IMG/VR virus record: IMGVR_UViG_3300036780_000171
Location: 1 to 64,000 of that record
Strand: one strand, 5' to 3'
Length of the DNA: 64,000 bases
DNA from: a virus
How positions within the stretch are numbered: position 1 is the first letter of the stretch; every line of letters starts with the position of its first letter. Positions 26,794 through 36,765 of the stretch are shown piece by piece. The position numbers and the translations under genes were made by a program. Under the pieces are notes generated by a model, which saw nothing but the letters and a program-made list of their open reading frames with translations, was not told the origin of the DNA and did not search any database.

Positions 26794-27172
26794 GGTTCTT
26801 TCTCATAAGATTGGCTAGTTCACGCAACTCGTCATCTTCTTTGGTTTTAATCTCGCCCTCGACTTCAACCTTGGCTTTATTTGTAAAGTTTGGGTCTTTT
26901 TTCTCCAAGTACCATTTGGCCGTTGGTAAATCTTTCCCTGATGCAAGGGCTTCGGCCACTATATCACGGCTGGTTTGGGCTAGAAAGTTTTTAGCTGCTT
27001 CCATTCTTTGGGAAAACTCAGGATATTTTTTCAGCCAATCATAATAGGTCGTTATATCTATAACAGCGTAACGACAAGCTGCTTCGATTGAGCTATCACG
27101 CTGAAGCATAGCAACGAGTTTCCCAACGATTTCCTCGCTATAAATTGTTGGTCTACCTATTTTTTTTGCCAT
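26729..27172 (-). CDS. Terminase small subunit (putative)
   Basis: GRPT..., HTH AC..A.I...TYYDW; upstream of TerL. Confidence 0.75.
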   Translation of the reverse strand: MAKKIGRPTIYSEEIVGKLVAMLQRDSSIEAACRYAVIDITTYYDWLKKYPEFSQRMEAAKNFLAQTSRDIVAEALASGKDLPTAKWYLEKKDPNFTNKAKVEVEGEIKTKEDDELRELANLMRKNLENADDEPSETAESGNSEANS

Positions 27173-27330
27173 ACTATTCTTTCGAAAGCTCGCCTGATAT
27201 TTTGGCAGCCATTAGGCACCAAACGCAAGTCCAGCCTCGTTTATTCGTCTTAATATTTAATGTGCGTACAAGCTTGGTGCCTGGACCTTGAATCGGGCAG
27301 TCATGTACTGGTGGTTTTTCGGCCATCTTT

Positions 27331-27780
27331 TTATCCTATACTCAATACTATATTCTCTGGCATACAGTCGCACTTCCATAAATATCCGGTTACTTTTTTG
27401 GCAATACTATCATACTGTGGTTGCATTGGTTGACCACAGTTCAGACACTCATGTTTGGCTAAAAGCCGGGGATTCTCATATACATTGCCAAGCACCTCGT
27501 AATCTACCGTGGGTTCGTCAATATTGAAGCCAATGGCTTGTATCGTGCCAATAAACTTTGAGCCATATTTGACTTCGAAAATAGCTCGTCGGTCTGACTT
27601 ATATGATACAATATCGCCTTCGTATATTGGTTTGCCAAATTTATCTTTGTAGCCGGTATATTGCATAACATGGAAATTGTACTTAATGCCATACCGCAAG
27701 ACATTCCAAGGTGTAGCATCAGGTGAAGCAAGCATTTCTCTACTGTCTTTATCCCAAGCCCGAAATTTAAACTCACGCAT
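27331..27780 (-). CDS. YopX family protein
   Basis: MREFKFRAWDK, MQYTG.KDK.G..IYEGDI, EVLGNVYENP. Confidence 0.88.
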   Translation of the reverse strand: MREFKFRAWDKDSREMLASPDATPWNVLRYGIKYNFHVMQYTGYKDKFGKPIYEGDIVSYKSDRRAIFEVKYGSKFIGTIQAIGFNIDEPTVDYEVLGNVYENPRLLAKHECLNCGQPMQPQYDSIAKKVTGYLWKCDCMPENIVLSIG

Positions 27781-27781
27781 C

Positions 27782-28372
27782 TTAATTCTCGTTGATTAAC
27801 TCAAGCAATGCGGTTTCTTTGCTCTCATCAATAGCCAATAAATGCTGCATGACTCTATCGCCATCATCCTTGCCAAAGTGAAATACGATGGTCACACCAT
27901 CACCGGCTACTTTACCGCTGCTATCATAGTTATCAAAGTCAAAGTTCGCAATTTCCTGCAGCTCTTCCAGTTCGGTTTCCGTGTAAGGCAATAGCACTTG
28001 GCCGGGGTACTCAATAAGCAATTTGTTTACCAGGTAGGCTTCTTCGACCCTATCGAATGGTACTTGCTGCTGGTACCAGATAGTTAATTCACGGGCGCGT
28101 TTATCGTCAACCTTACCTTCATTGTAGATATTTATTTCTGTAAAGCCTAGCTCTTTTGCCGCAGTGTATCTTTGGGCACCATCAATAATTTCGTAAGAAT
28201 CTTTTTCTAATTCTCTCACTAATATTATGCCTCTTAAACCATTAGTTTGAATACTTTTAACTATCTTGTGGTATTCACTGGTGTCTGCTTTTTTCGGATT
28301 ATACTCATTAGGTTTAACACTATTAATGTCAACCTTTAGTATCTTAGCTGGTTCGAAGTCTAGATTTGCCAT
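27782..28372 (-). CDS. ParB-like N-terminal domain protein
   Basis: PNEYNP, SIQTNG, IIDGAQRY. Confidence 0.82.
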   Translation of the reverse strand: MANLDFEPAKILKVDINSVKPNEYNPKKADTSEYHKIVKSIQTNGLRGIILVRELEKDSYEIIDGAQRYTAAKELGFTEINIYNEGKVDDKRARELTIWYQQQVPFDRVEEAYLVNKLLIEYPGQVLLPYTETELEELQEIANFDFDNYDSSGKVAGDGVTIVFHFGKDDGDRVMQHLLAIDESKETALLELINEN

Positions 28373-28427
28373 ATACTCTTATATTCTTGTTATGCCAGGT
28401 CGTATGGTTATTATTATACTGCTGTAG

Positions 28428-29174
28428 TTATGACCAATCAACCCCTCTCTTGCGCCATAGGTCTGTTACCTGGTGTTGTAATTTTATAAAATGTTGGGCT
28501 TCTTTGGCGAGTCTGATAGCATAAGGCGTTACCTTAGCATTGACAATAATTGCCCGTTTGTCTTTGAGCCGCTTGGTACTACCATACTTGCCCGGGCTTA
28601 ACCAGGCGGTGCTATCCACGCTATAGTATGGGTAACGCTGCAGCATTGGCGCATTGGTCATGCCAAGCCCGTGAACGCGTACATCGCCCCGTGTATGCGA
28701 AAAAACATAGTCCAAAAAGCTAGTTAGGACATCGCGATTGGTGTTTACTCCGGCCACACCGCCCACGGCCATGAGCGCATCGTTATCTGACATAGCCCGT
28801 TGTAGTACTTTATCGCGCAGCGAACTATCGCAGTAATCCGAGTAGTGGTATATGTCAATGATTTTGGCTTTGGTTTGCGCTCGCAGCTGATTAAGATTTT
28901 TTTCCGTTTGGGTTGGGTCGCTGGTGTCGAGATTAAAGGCCAGCTTTACGTTGTAGCGATTTATATAGTCTATATATTGCTGGACAGGTATATTAATACC
29001 TTTGACGCGAGCGGTATAGCCGCCGCTATCAATAATCATTTGCTTAAAATCTGACTGTCGGGGATTCTTTTTATATCCCAATGACCATGCGGACTTTAAG
29101 CAGTAATCAGCGCCTTGTTGTTTGAGAATATCATGGAATAGCGGGGTTTCCGAGCCAGCAAAAAATAATTTCAT
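28428..29174 (-). CDS. dpdA: TGT-fold transglycosylase, DpdA-like (7-deazaguanine insertion into DNA)
   Basis: IDSGGY, AVGG, HGLG, YSVDSTAW; within the preQ0 cluster. Confidence 0.7.
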   Translation of the reverse strand: MKLFFAGSETPLFHDILKQQGADYCLKSAWSLGYKKNPRQSDFKQMIIDSGGYTARVKGINIPVQQYIDYINRYNVKLAFNLDTSDPTQTEKNLNQLRAQTKAKIIDIYHYSDYCDSSLRDKVLQRAMSDNDALMAVGGVAGVNTNRDVLTSFLDYVFSHTRGDVRVHGLGMTNAPMLQRYPYYSVDSTAWLSPGKYGSTKRLKDKRAIIVNAKVTPYAIRLAKEAQHFIKLQHQVTDLWRKRGVDWS

Positions 29175-29434
29175 TGCTCATCAATTTCAATCGGCTTGCC
29201 ATTAAATACGTAAATACCTTGGGCTATCATTTCGTTAAATAAATCGACCCTATCTTGCAATATGTGGTCGGATAGTAATTTATGCTCTGATTTGGTGGCT
29301 GCCCATTCTGAAAACTCGGCATTGGTCAAGCTATCTGCACCAACATAATAAGGCTGGCCATTTTTAAACTTGACTAATTCAACATTATGTAAATTATCCA
29401 GCGTACACTGTTCCATGACTCGCAAGACTCTCAT
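29171..29434 (-). CDS. Hypothetical protein in deazaguanine cluster
   Basis: Coupled to both neighbours by ATGA overlaps. Confidence 0.5.
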   Translation of the reverse strand: MRVLRVMEQCTLDNLHNVELVKFKNGQPYYVGADSLTNAEFSEWAATKSEHKLLSDHILQDRVDLFNEMIAQGIYVFNGKPIEIDEQ

Positions 29435-30405
29435 ATGGCACCTCTCATCTCAAACCAACGTTTTAGTAGCATCTTGGTACGGCCAATACGATAATCCCGT
29501 ATATCCAGCTTGCTGGTCAATATGCTAGGGTCTGGCTCTTCCAGATGTGGTTCGTGAATACCGTTATTTTCCATGGCTATAGCACGACTGACACAGGCAT
29601 TGCAAGTACCGCAAGCTATCTCGGAATCACTATAACATGACGTTGAGAAATCGGTTAGCTCTTGGGCATCGAACTCCTGACCGTATTTGTGGATGAGCTG
29701 GCTTTTTGTCCACTTGCCAAACGGCGTATGCACTTTGACTTTTTGTGGTTCAAGCCCTTGAAATTTGCCGGTGGTAATAGACTTGAGCAGTTTGCTGGCG
29801 TGACGGTAAAAGGTGGGATTTTTATCAGGTGCCCATTCGGCAATCTGGCTTAGTACAATATCAGGCGAATACGTGCTGGCAGCCATAAGAAAGTATAGAT
29901 TACGATATGGAATATAGCCATTATCCATTTCATGCTGACCAAGTTGTAGGCTACGGTCAATGGTAATGTCACCGTCAAACCGTTCACGTATTTTTCCAAC
30001 GGCTGCCAGTTCTTTGTCTTGTGCTCTATGGCCTATGGCAAAGTATACGGCTTTTGGCTGGCCTAGTAACCGCCAAGTGGCAAAGCTATCCAATCCGCCC
30101 GATAATAGCATGACACTGTCTTCTGGTGGCTGCTCCACGCGTTTATGCTGATATGGTTCGTAAGCAAAGTTGTGGGTATACCTATCTTGTTCCATGTGTC
30201 GTTGCCAGGCTTCGCCAAGCGCTGGTGCAATGGCTGATGCCCTACTGACTGCCACATCGGTATTATGGTGGTTGCGACATAAACGTTGCCAAGTCTCGAT
30301 TTGCACGGCTTGGCCGAGTACAAACATATCAGGCAAGGTCGTTAATACCGCTTGCTCAAAACCGGCTTCTTCGTATGTAGTCGCAAAATGTTCGTGGGTT
30401 TTCAT
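29431..30405 (-). CDS. queC: 7-cyano-7-deazaguanine synthase-like, with N-terminal extension
   Basis: LLSGGLDS, IPYRN, SCY...CGTCNAC. Confidence 0.85.
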   Translation of the reverse strand: MKTHEHFATTYEEAGFEQAVLTTLPDMFVLGQAVQIETWQRLCRNHHNTDVAVSRASAIAPALGEAWQRHMEQDRYTHNFAYEPYQHKRVEQPPEDSVMLLSGGLDSFATWRLLGQPKAVYFAIGHRAQDKELAAVGKIRERFDGDITIDRSLQLGQHEMDNGYIPYRNLYFLMAASTYSPDIVLSQIAEWAPDKNPTFYRHASKLLKSITTGKFQGLEPQKVKVHTPFGKWTKSQLIHKYGQEFDAQELTDFSTSCYSDSEIACGTCNACVSRAIAMENNGIHEPHLEEPDPSILTSKLDIRDYRIGRTKMLLKRWFEMRGAI

Positions 30406-30516
30406 GTCTATTGGAATGACGTAAATATTGATGTAGCAGCGCCGACAAAAATAAGTGCAAAAAATAGAATAATGCCGACAATTAGCGCGGCAAATATTAA
30501 GTTATTTAGATTATAT

Positions 30517-31599
30517 TTAAGCTTTACCATTAATAAATGAAATCCATTCCTGGCGTGTAGCCAGCTGCTCCTTAAATGCCCCGAGTAAATGAGCTGTAGT
30601 GACTTCTTGACCATCTTGTTTGACCCCACGCATAACCATACAATAGTGCCTGCCCTTGATAGATACTGCTACTCCTTTTGGTTCTAGGTTACTATAAATT
30701 GCGTTTGCAAGATGAACAGTCAGCTGTTCCTGGAGAATAGGTTGACGACCGAGTAGTTCAGCTATCCTTGTAAACTTAGATAACCCCATAACTGACCCGT
30801 CAGGAATATATGCTAACGCAATGCTATAGTCAACTGGCAATAAATGATGCGGGCATAAACTATAGACCTTTATATTTGTGAATACTATCATCTCATCATT
30901 GTCACAAGGGAATTTTGACTTGAAAATTGCTTCTATTTCTTGCTTGGCTTTTGGCTTGTTACCTTCAAATAACTCCTGATACATTCTGGCAACCCGCAGC
31001 GGAGTTTCTTTAAAATCAGGTTCATCAAGGTTGACGCCTAGAGACTTAAGAATCTTCGCAATGTAGTTCTCAACGGTAGCTAAACCAGCAAAGTGACCAC
31101 TTGTTTTGCCGACTTCATTATGTATTTTTGAATGGTCTGGACGACATAAAATAATTAGGTTGGAAGTATCATTATTCCATTTCCTACCGTCAAGATGATG
31201 CACGATTAAGTCAAAGCCATCAACTGGTTCTCCACATCTTTGACAAAACTTACCACGTTCTTTAATAATAATTTTTTTGGCGATAATAAAAGAATCTTTG
31301 GTTAAGCTTTCTTTTATCTTTTCTATCTGTTCGGCCGTCTTTGGATATTTACCGCTTTTTTGTCTTAATTCTATTTGTTTCTGGTCTTGCATTTGTCTGG
31401 TAGCAAGCTCACTTTTTAGTTGTCTCAGCTTAGGGGTATATGATTTCTTAATAATATTGCTATGGTCTTGATAGCGACAAGTAACCGAACAATAAATTCC
31501 TTTTTGCATACTAGGGTAATACTCAAACTTTTTGTCGCAAACTAGACAAGTTGCAGTTTTTTTGGCACCATTTTTGCTGCTTTGGTTATTTTTTACCAT
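30517..31599 (-). CDS. folE: HNH/Zn-finger domain fused to GTP cyclohydrolase I
   Basis: N-terminal CQRCG...VHHLDG..NN..NL; C-terminal ETPLRVARMY, SLCPHHLLP, GLSK, QEQLT, HYCMVMRG. Confidence 0.9.
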   Translation of the reverse strand: MVKNNQSSKNGAKKTATCLVCDKKFEYYPSMQKGIYCSVTCRYQDHSNIIKKSYTPKLRQLKSELATRQMQDQKQIELRQKSGKYPKTAEQIEKIKESLTKDSFIIAKKIIIKERGKFCQRCGEPVDGFDLIVHHLDGRKWNNDTSNLIILCRPDHSKIHNEVGKTSGHFAGLATVENYIAKILKSLGVNLDEPDFKETPLRVARMYQELFEGNKPKAKQEIEAIFKSKFPCDNDEMIVFTNIKVYSLCPHHLLPVDYSIALAYIPDGSVMGLSKFTRIAELLGRQPILQEQLTVHLANAIYSNLEPKGVAVSIKGRHYCMVMRGVKQDGQEVTTAHLLGAFKEQLATRQEWISFINGKA

Positions 31600-31637
31600 G
31601 TATTTATTATATATTACTAAAAAGATAAGTACAAACT

Positions 31638-32411
31638 CTATGTGCCTCTCACGTCTCCGAATAGCGCGATATGCAGCCTGCCGGAGAGATTAAAGCCGTG
31701 CTCGATACAAAAGTCCACTAATTGGCGTTGACCCGACTGGATTTTTTCAGCCGTGCGGCCTTCGGGCATCAGAAAGACGCGCTGTGGCGGTATGTCATAC
31801 TTGTCCACCAGGCTAAGCGCTTCTTCCAGGTCATGGTAGGTTGAGATAACAAACTTAAAGTCGGCTTGCGGCAACGCGACAAAGGCTTCCATGGCACGCG
31901 GTTTGTCGCGTTTCTTCGGGTAGTTGCCGGAATTTTCGAGCTTGGGGCTGACGTTAAATTGGCCAACCCTGGCCGCCAGCTCAGGTTTTGGGGCAATGGT
32001 GCCGTTGGTTTCAATCTCAGTGGCAAACGACGGGTCACGCTGCCACACTTTGTCTATAAGGTCGACTATGCGGCCTTGTTGGAGAAGCGGCTCGCCGCCA
32101 GTCACTATTAACCGGCGTGGGGCTTTGGCCACCACTATATCAGCTACGGCGTCGGTATCCAGGCTCATTTCTTCGGCCGCACGGCGGAATATGCGATTGT
32201 CGTCGTGTGGTGCGCTTTCGGCAGCGCTATTCTCAAACCGCCATGTTTCTGGCACATCGCACCACGAACATGTCAAGTTGCAACCGCTCAAGCGCACGAA
32301 CGTTGAAGGCTCGCCAGCGTGTCGACCTTCGCCCTGGATAGTATCGAATATCTGTGGTAGCTCCGAGCCGCTTTCCATACGCGAAAGCGTTAGGTCGACA
32401 ACTTCGCTCAT
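31638..32411 (-). CDS. queE: 7-carboxy-7-deazaguanine synthase (radical SAM)
   Basis: TIQGEG, GCNLTCSWCD, TGGEPLLQ, ETNGT, VSPK. Confidence 0.92.
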   Translation of the reverse strand: MSEVVDLTLSRMESGSELPQIFDTIQGEGRHAGEPSTFVRLSGCNLTCSWCDVPETWRFENSAAESAPHDDNRIFRRAAEEMSLDTDAVADIVVAKAPRRLIVTGGEPLLQQGRIVDLIDKVWQRDPSFATEIETNGTIAPKPELAARVGQFNVSPKLENSGNYPKKRDKPRAMEAFVALPQADFKFVISTYHDLEEALSLVDKYDIPPQRVFLMPEGRTAEKIQSGQRQLVDFCIEHGFNLSGRLHIALFGDVRGT

Positions 32412-32558
32412 ACGAGTTCCTCGAAGATACCAAGTATTTCAGCCACGATAAGCAAAATGCCAGCCCATACCAGCCATGCTAGATGTAACGTTGTTACAAC
32501 CCCGACAAGTGAGATACCTGCTAGGATTCGAATAAGCGACTTTGCCAGACTAATATTT

Positions 32559-32942
32559 TTATGATTCATAAGTAACCTCGGCATAGCTGGTATCGGTTTC
32601 GTATAGTTTTATATGGGTAACTTCAACTCTATCATTATTAATTCGCTCGCTAAACTCTTTAAAAAGCAACATGCTAATGTTTTCGGCCGATGTCTGTATG
32701 CCGAGACTTATATTCAAATCTTGATGGTCGTATTTTGGTTCCAGCTCTTTCCAGAATGCTTTGACAAGACCGAAATCTTCTACAAAACCTACCTTACTGA
32801 CTTGTACATCTTGCCGTAAGCTTACGGTGACAAACAATTTGTAATTATGGCCATGTTGGTTCTTGCACTTGCCCTCGTAACCATTGCCGAGATGATGAGC
32901 TGCACTAAAACTAAATTCTTTGGTTATACTCTGTTTTAACAT
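32559..32942 (-). CDS. queD: 6-carboxy-5,6,7,8-tetrahydropterin synthase
   Basis: FSAAH, C...HGHNY, DH..LN, TSAEN, YET. Confidence 0.92.
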   Translation of the reverse strand: MLKQSITKEFSFSAAHHLGNGYEGKCKNQHGHNYKLFVTVSLRQDVQVSKVGFVEDFGLVKAFWKELEPKYDHQDLNISLGIQTSAENISMLLFKEFSERINNDRVEVTHIKLYETDTSYAEVTYES

Positions 32943-32972
32943 ATTATTTATCTCCCCCTTATTATATTAAAT

Positions 32973-33497
32973 TTATGCACCAGCGTCAACTAGTTTTCCC
33001 TGTTTTATGTCTCGTAAATATTGCTCAAAGGCGGGATTACACAAGCAAGCTGGCGAGCGTTTTTCACGCAGGATTTTTATGGCTTCGTCGGCGCTTTTCC
33101 CGCTCAACATCAAGGCTCGTGCGGCCACCAGGCTGGAACGATTCAGCCCGGCTTGGCAGTGGACTAAAACCGGCGCGGTCTTACGACAAACATTGACCCA
33201 GGTGGCAATGGCATCGACTTCTTCGGTATTCTGTTCCAAGCTGTCATACATGGTGACCGACATGGCCGAACTAAGTTCATGTTTGATGGTGTAGTGTTCC
33301 CATGGATAGAGCGAAACGAGGTGCTTGATAAAAGTTGGTAAGACTAGCCCGTTCTCGCAGCCGCCTTGCCACAGGTTGTAACCTATCTGGCTTATGAAAG
33401 GCACGTCAAATGGGGTGTTACCATGGCGGGCGATACCGACCATGCGCTTGCTGGTCGGGTCGAACTTTATATCTATCTTGGTTGGGTCATTATTCAT
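32973..33497 (-). CDS. Dual-specificity/tyrosine phosphatase
   Basis: VHCQAGLNRS (CX5R) motif. Confidence 0.85.
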   Translation of the reverse strand: MNNDPTKIDIKFDPTSKRMVGIARHGNTPFDVPFISQIGYNLWQGGCENGLVLPTFIKHLVSLYPWEHYTIKHELSSAMSVTMYDSLEQNTEEVDAIATWVNVCRKTAPVLVHCQAGLNRSSLVAARALMLSGKSADEAIKILREKRSPACLCNPAFEQYLRDIKQGKLVDAGA

Positions 33498-33898
33498 TGT
33501 TTCAACTTCTTCTCCAAGCGATATGTATAACCGGCTACGTTTAGGATAACCGGCACGTAATCCTCGGCTTGCCCAAATGGACGGTCGTTATAATTGTAGC
33601 GATATAAAGCAAGCTCTAATAGTTGATAGGCTTCTATACCATTTACTTGAAAACCGCTGCCAGCTACTTCACCATCTTCGGTCATAAGGCCGTGTGCTGT
33701 GTATATAAACCCAAGTTTCTTAAATGGTTCAAGCAGTGTCTTTAGTTCGTTACGGTTCATGTTGGTGGCTTTCTCAAGGCTAGTATAGTTATGACAATAC
33801 TCATGCTGGTATGACCACCATAGTGTCTCTGCCAAAGCTGCCGTCTTTTCGTTAAACTCTAGCACAACATGCACCAAGTCTTTTTTATCTTCTGTCAT
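33494..33898 (-). CDS. Hypothetical protein
   Basis: Coupled ORF. Confidence 0.5.
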   Translation of the reverse strand: MTEDKKDLVHVVLEFNEKTAALAETLWWSYQHEYCHNYTSLEKATNMNRNELKTLLEPFKKLGFIYTAHGLMTEDGEVAGSGFQVNGIEAYQLLELALYRYNYNDRPFGQAEDYVPVILNVAGYTYRLEKKLKQ

Positions 33899-34203
33899 TT
33901 GAACTTCTTTATGGCATCTTTAGATTTCTTTGGATTTTTGACCGGCACAAACTCGTCGCCAATGGTGGCAAATACCAACATCCGCCATTTATGGTTGACG
34001 GCTTGACGAGCTATTTTATGTGGTATTTTGGGATGACGGGTTTGGTGGAGACTAATCATAGTTTTGAAATAGTCATCGCGTTGTTGTAACGTGTATGGTC
34101 CAACTAAACGTTGTTCTGTCTTGCCATCTTCTCTGGTAATTTCAATATAATGCTCTGGCCGTGGCTGTACTAAGCGGTGGTCTGCCTTTTTATAGCTGCT
34201 CAT
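33895..34203 (-). CDS. Hypothetical protein
   Basis: Coupled ORF. Confidence 0.5.
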   Translation of the reverse strand: MSSYKKADHRLVQPRPEHYIEITREDGKTEQRLVGPYTLQQRDDYFKTMISLHQTRHPKIPHKIARQAVNHKWRMLVFATIGDEFVPVKNPKKSKDAIKKFK

Positions 34204-34496
34204 TTTTTGCTACTTTCTTTCTCAATTAGCTTTTTAATAAGAAAACTCCATTCATCAGTTTTGAATTCTATATAATCTGAACTTGACATCGTGATACTTT
34301 TCAAACGTACAAGTAATTCGTCTTCGTATGGTGCTGGTATATATTCGGTAGCTATCTTGTAGCCATTTTGTGTCCGTTCAAACGGCCAAGTAGTCTCCCA
34401 CTTACCGTCTATCTTGCACCAATAGTGTCTGGCTCTAATAAATGGGCACGTTTCGTAAAGTTTTTTTGATAGCTCAAAGTTTAGATTCATTGTCAT
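34200..34496 (-). CDS. Hypothetical protein
   Basis: Coupled ORF. Confidence 0.45.
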   Translation of the reverse strand: MTMNLNFELSKKLYETCPFIRARHYWCKIDGKWETTWPFERTQNGYKIATEYIPAPYEDELLVRLKSITMSSSDYIEFKTDEWSFLIKKLIEKESSKK

Positions 34497-34881
34497 ATTC
34501 CATAACGTAATCTTTGGCTTGTTGCTTTGTCATGTATTCCCCGCTCCAATCACTATAAATTACACCATCGCAAAGGTCTATAAGCTGACAAATAATTTTC
34601 TTTTGTTCGACAGTATCACGCTGTGTCATAGCAGATATGGAAGAACCGATATTGTTGTATTTTTCCATTAAAATTATTGCTTCGGGGTTTTCGGTAAAAT
34701 CCCACCTTTTTAGCGTTCCCCATTTCAAAGCTAGTAAATCATGGCCGGTTTCGGGTTCAAAATTTTCCAACTCATTACGAGCTTTTTCAATAGCGTTGTG
34801 AGCTTTGGCTGCCTCGTCAGTCGATAGTTTTTGGCCTTGATATTTTTTAATAAGTGCGTGCATATAACCCCTTATCTGCAA
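34474..34881 (-). CDS. Hypothetical protein
   Basis: ORF in run. Confidence 0.5.
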   Translation of the reverse strand: MQIRGYMHALIKKYQGQKLSTDEAAKAHNAIEKARNELENFEPETGHDLLALKWGTLKRWDFTENPEAIILMEKYNNIGSSISAMTQRDTVEQKKIICQLIDLCDGVIYSDWSGEYMTKQQAKDYVMEYDNESKL

Positions 34882-35311
34882 AATTTTTAATTTCCTGTAG
34901 TTCTATATCCATTGCTTGGCGAGCCAACTTCGGATTACGTTCAGCATTAGCCAGAACACCTTGATAGCCGGTTTCCATCATAAATCGAAAAACTGATTGA
35001 ATATCCAAAATAATGCCGTAATAGGTGGCTGGCATAATAATATCTGCACCCTTTTCAGTAGCCCGCCAGGTTGGGTCAAGCGCATGTTCGCCGTCAGTTA
35101 GCCATGCGTGCAATATCCAATGCTTTTTGCTAGAAGGCTTGGCATAGCCTTCTACATACTTATACTTTGGAAAACAGGCCATTGCTTGCATAATACAGGT
35201 ATCGAAACATTGACCGACTTCGCCGCGTTGGATATCTTCTGGTAGTAATGCCGACTCATAGTATCTCGCGCCAAGTTGTTGCAATTGCTTAAATTCCCAT
35301 TCGTCAGTCAT
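34847..35311 (-). CDS. Papain/transglutaminase-like fold protein
   Basis: GQCF...YVEGYA...HAW...DPTW, Cys-His-Asp order. Confidence 0.5.
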   Translation of the reverse strand: MTDEWEFKQLQQLGARYYESALLPEDIQRGEVGQCFDTCIMQAMACFPKYKYVEGYAKPSSKKHWILHAWLTDGEHALDPTWRATEKGADIIMPATYYGIILDIQSVFRFMMETGYQGVLANAERNPKLARQAMDIELQEIKNFADKGLYARTY

Positions 35312-35313
35312 GC

Positions 35314-36048
35314 TTAGCCTTTCAATCTAAATACTGCCGACTCATTAAAACGTCGCTCAATTTCAAAACCAAGTTGTACTAGCACCTGTGCTTCTTCGCT
35401 GATATGCACTAATCCGTGACCACTTACCAGATAAATGCCATATAGCGAAAATAGGCCGCCACGTTTTAGTACATGCTTTACTTGCTTATAGAATAGTAGT
35501 CGTTCATTTCTATCCATAAGACCAATGACAGCCGAGCTGCTAACCGCATCAACGGTTTTGCGTTTTAGTGGTATCTTCTCGCATAAATCGGCACAAATAA
35601 ACTCGCTATCGAAATTGTATTTGTGCCAGCCTTGGCTATGCTCAATAAGGTCGACCGCATAGGCTTTATCATAGCCAAGCAGCAATGCCACGTCAGCATC
35701 GCAGCTATCGCCACAACCGGCATCAAGAAATATGCCACCATCGACTTTCTGGCTACTAAGTGAACCATGGAATAGCTGGCGCATGGCCGTACTCATGATG
35801 TAATTGATACTCTTGTAGCGATTAGGGCTATGCATATTATTCTCGACTGTGCATTGTGGTTCTGGATAATAACCGGATTTCCAATAAAACTCATAGTGGC
35901 GACGGCGTTCACCGCCTTTTGCCCGTATTTTGCTTAACATGAGCTTCATGCGTTCGGGGTCTTTGCGATTCCACTTAATGGGTTCATTGACGAAAATTTG
36001 GAAATTTCCTATGTTAACTGGTTTCATATCTACTGTTAAACTAATCAT
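35314..36048 (-). CDS. Class I SAM methyltransferase
   Basis: FLDAGCG, YAVD, ICAD, VLKRGG. Confidence 0.75.
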   Translation of the reverse strand: MISLTVDMKPVNIGNFQIFVNEPIKWNRKDPERMKLMLSKIRAKGGERRRHYEFYWKSGYYPEPQCTVENNMHSPNRYKSINYIMSTAMRQLFHGSLSSQKVDGGIFLDAGCGDSCDADVALLLGYDKAYAVDLIEHSQGWHKYNFDSEFICADLCEKIPLKRKTVDAVSSSAVIGLMDRNERLLFYKQVKHVLKRGGLFSLYGIYLVSGHGLVHISEEAQVLVQLGFEIERRFNESAVFRLKG

Positions 36049-36312
36049 ATTTTAAATGTCCTATTACACTTTTGACACTGCAGTTTATTCCAGCCGGTAA
36101 CTTCCAGCATCCTGCCATAGCAGTCAGGACAGCGATAGCCGAGAAAAATCATTAATCTGCGCCATAAATATATCATTTCTTTTTACCCAATAGACTACTG
36201 ATTATGAAATACGGATAAATCTTGCCGTTACTTCGCACTCTGGCACGCAAGCGGCCATTGCCAATACTCGCATATGGCTTTAGGCCTTTTGGTGATAGAT
36301 AAAACCCAAATC

Positions 36313-36549
36313 TCATGACTTTATCTCCGGTGGTAACATGCCATTTTTACGTAACTCTTGGGTTATGGCTTCCTCGGTTTTACCATATAAAATAATTACT
36401 TCGTGGCTTTCCAGCCCTAACTCATCAAGTGCAAAATATATTGGTTTGCCTTGTTTCAGCCGTTCAATATTGCCGTCGCTCAAACCAAAGCCAAAAACAG
36501 TTATGCCATTCTTTCTTTTTGCTTGAAACTTTATCATGGCTTGCTCCAT
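36313..36549 (-). CDS. Hypothetical protein
   Basis: GLSDGNIERLKQGKPI small phage protein. Confidence 0.5.
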   Translation of the reverse strand: MEQAMIKFQAKRKNGITVFGFGLSDGNIERLKQGKPIYFALDELGLESHEVIILYGKTEEAITQELRKNGMLPPEIKS

Positions 36550-36765
36550 GTCAAATCTTCGTAGTCAGTCGCTGCCGCAGTATACCTATCGTAATGGTCA
36601 ATTTTGGCATTATTGCCATTAGCATAAACAACGAAAGCTAACTTGCTTTGATTCTTAAAACTCTTAATACGACCACGTTCCCATTGCTTAGGGTCATCAA
36701 TAGCATGTAGTGGTATGTAATAAATGGTCTTGCCAATATCCTGCTCGGTTAGTTTGGTAATTGGC

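Noticed and set aside
30517-31599. Intein in folE
   Set aside because: The extra domain is N-terminal and lacks Cys/Ser-start and His-Asn-end splice motifs.
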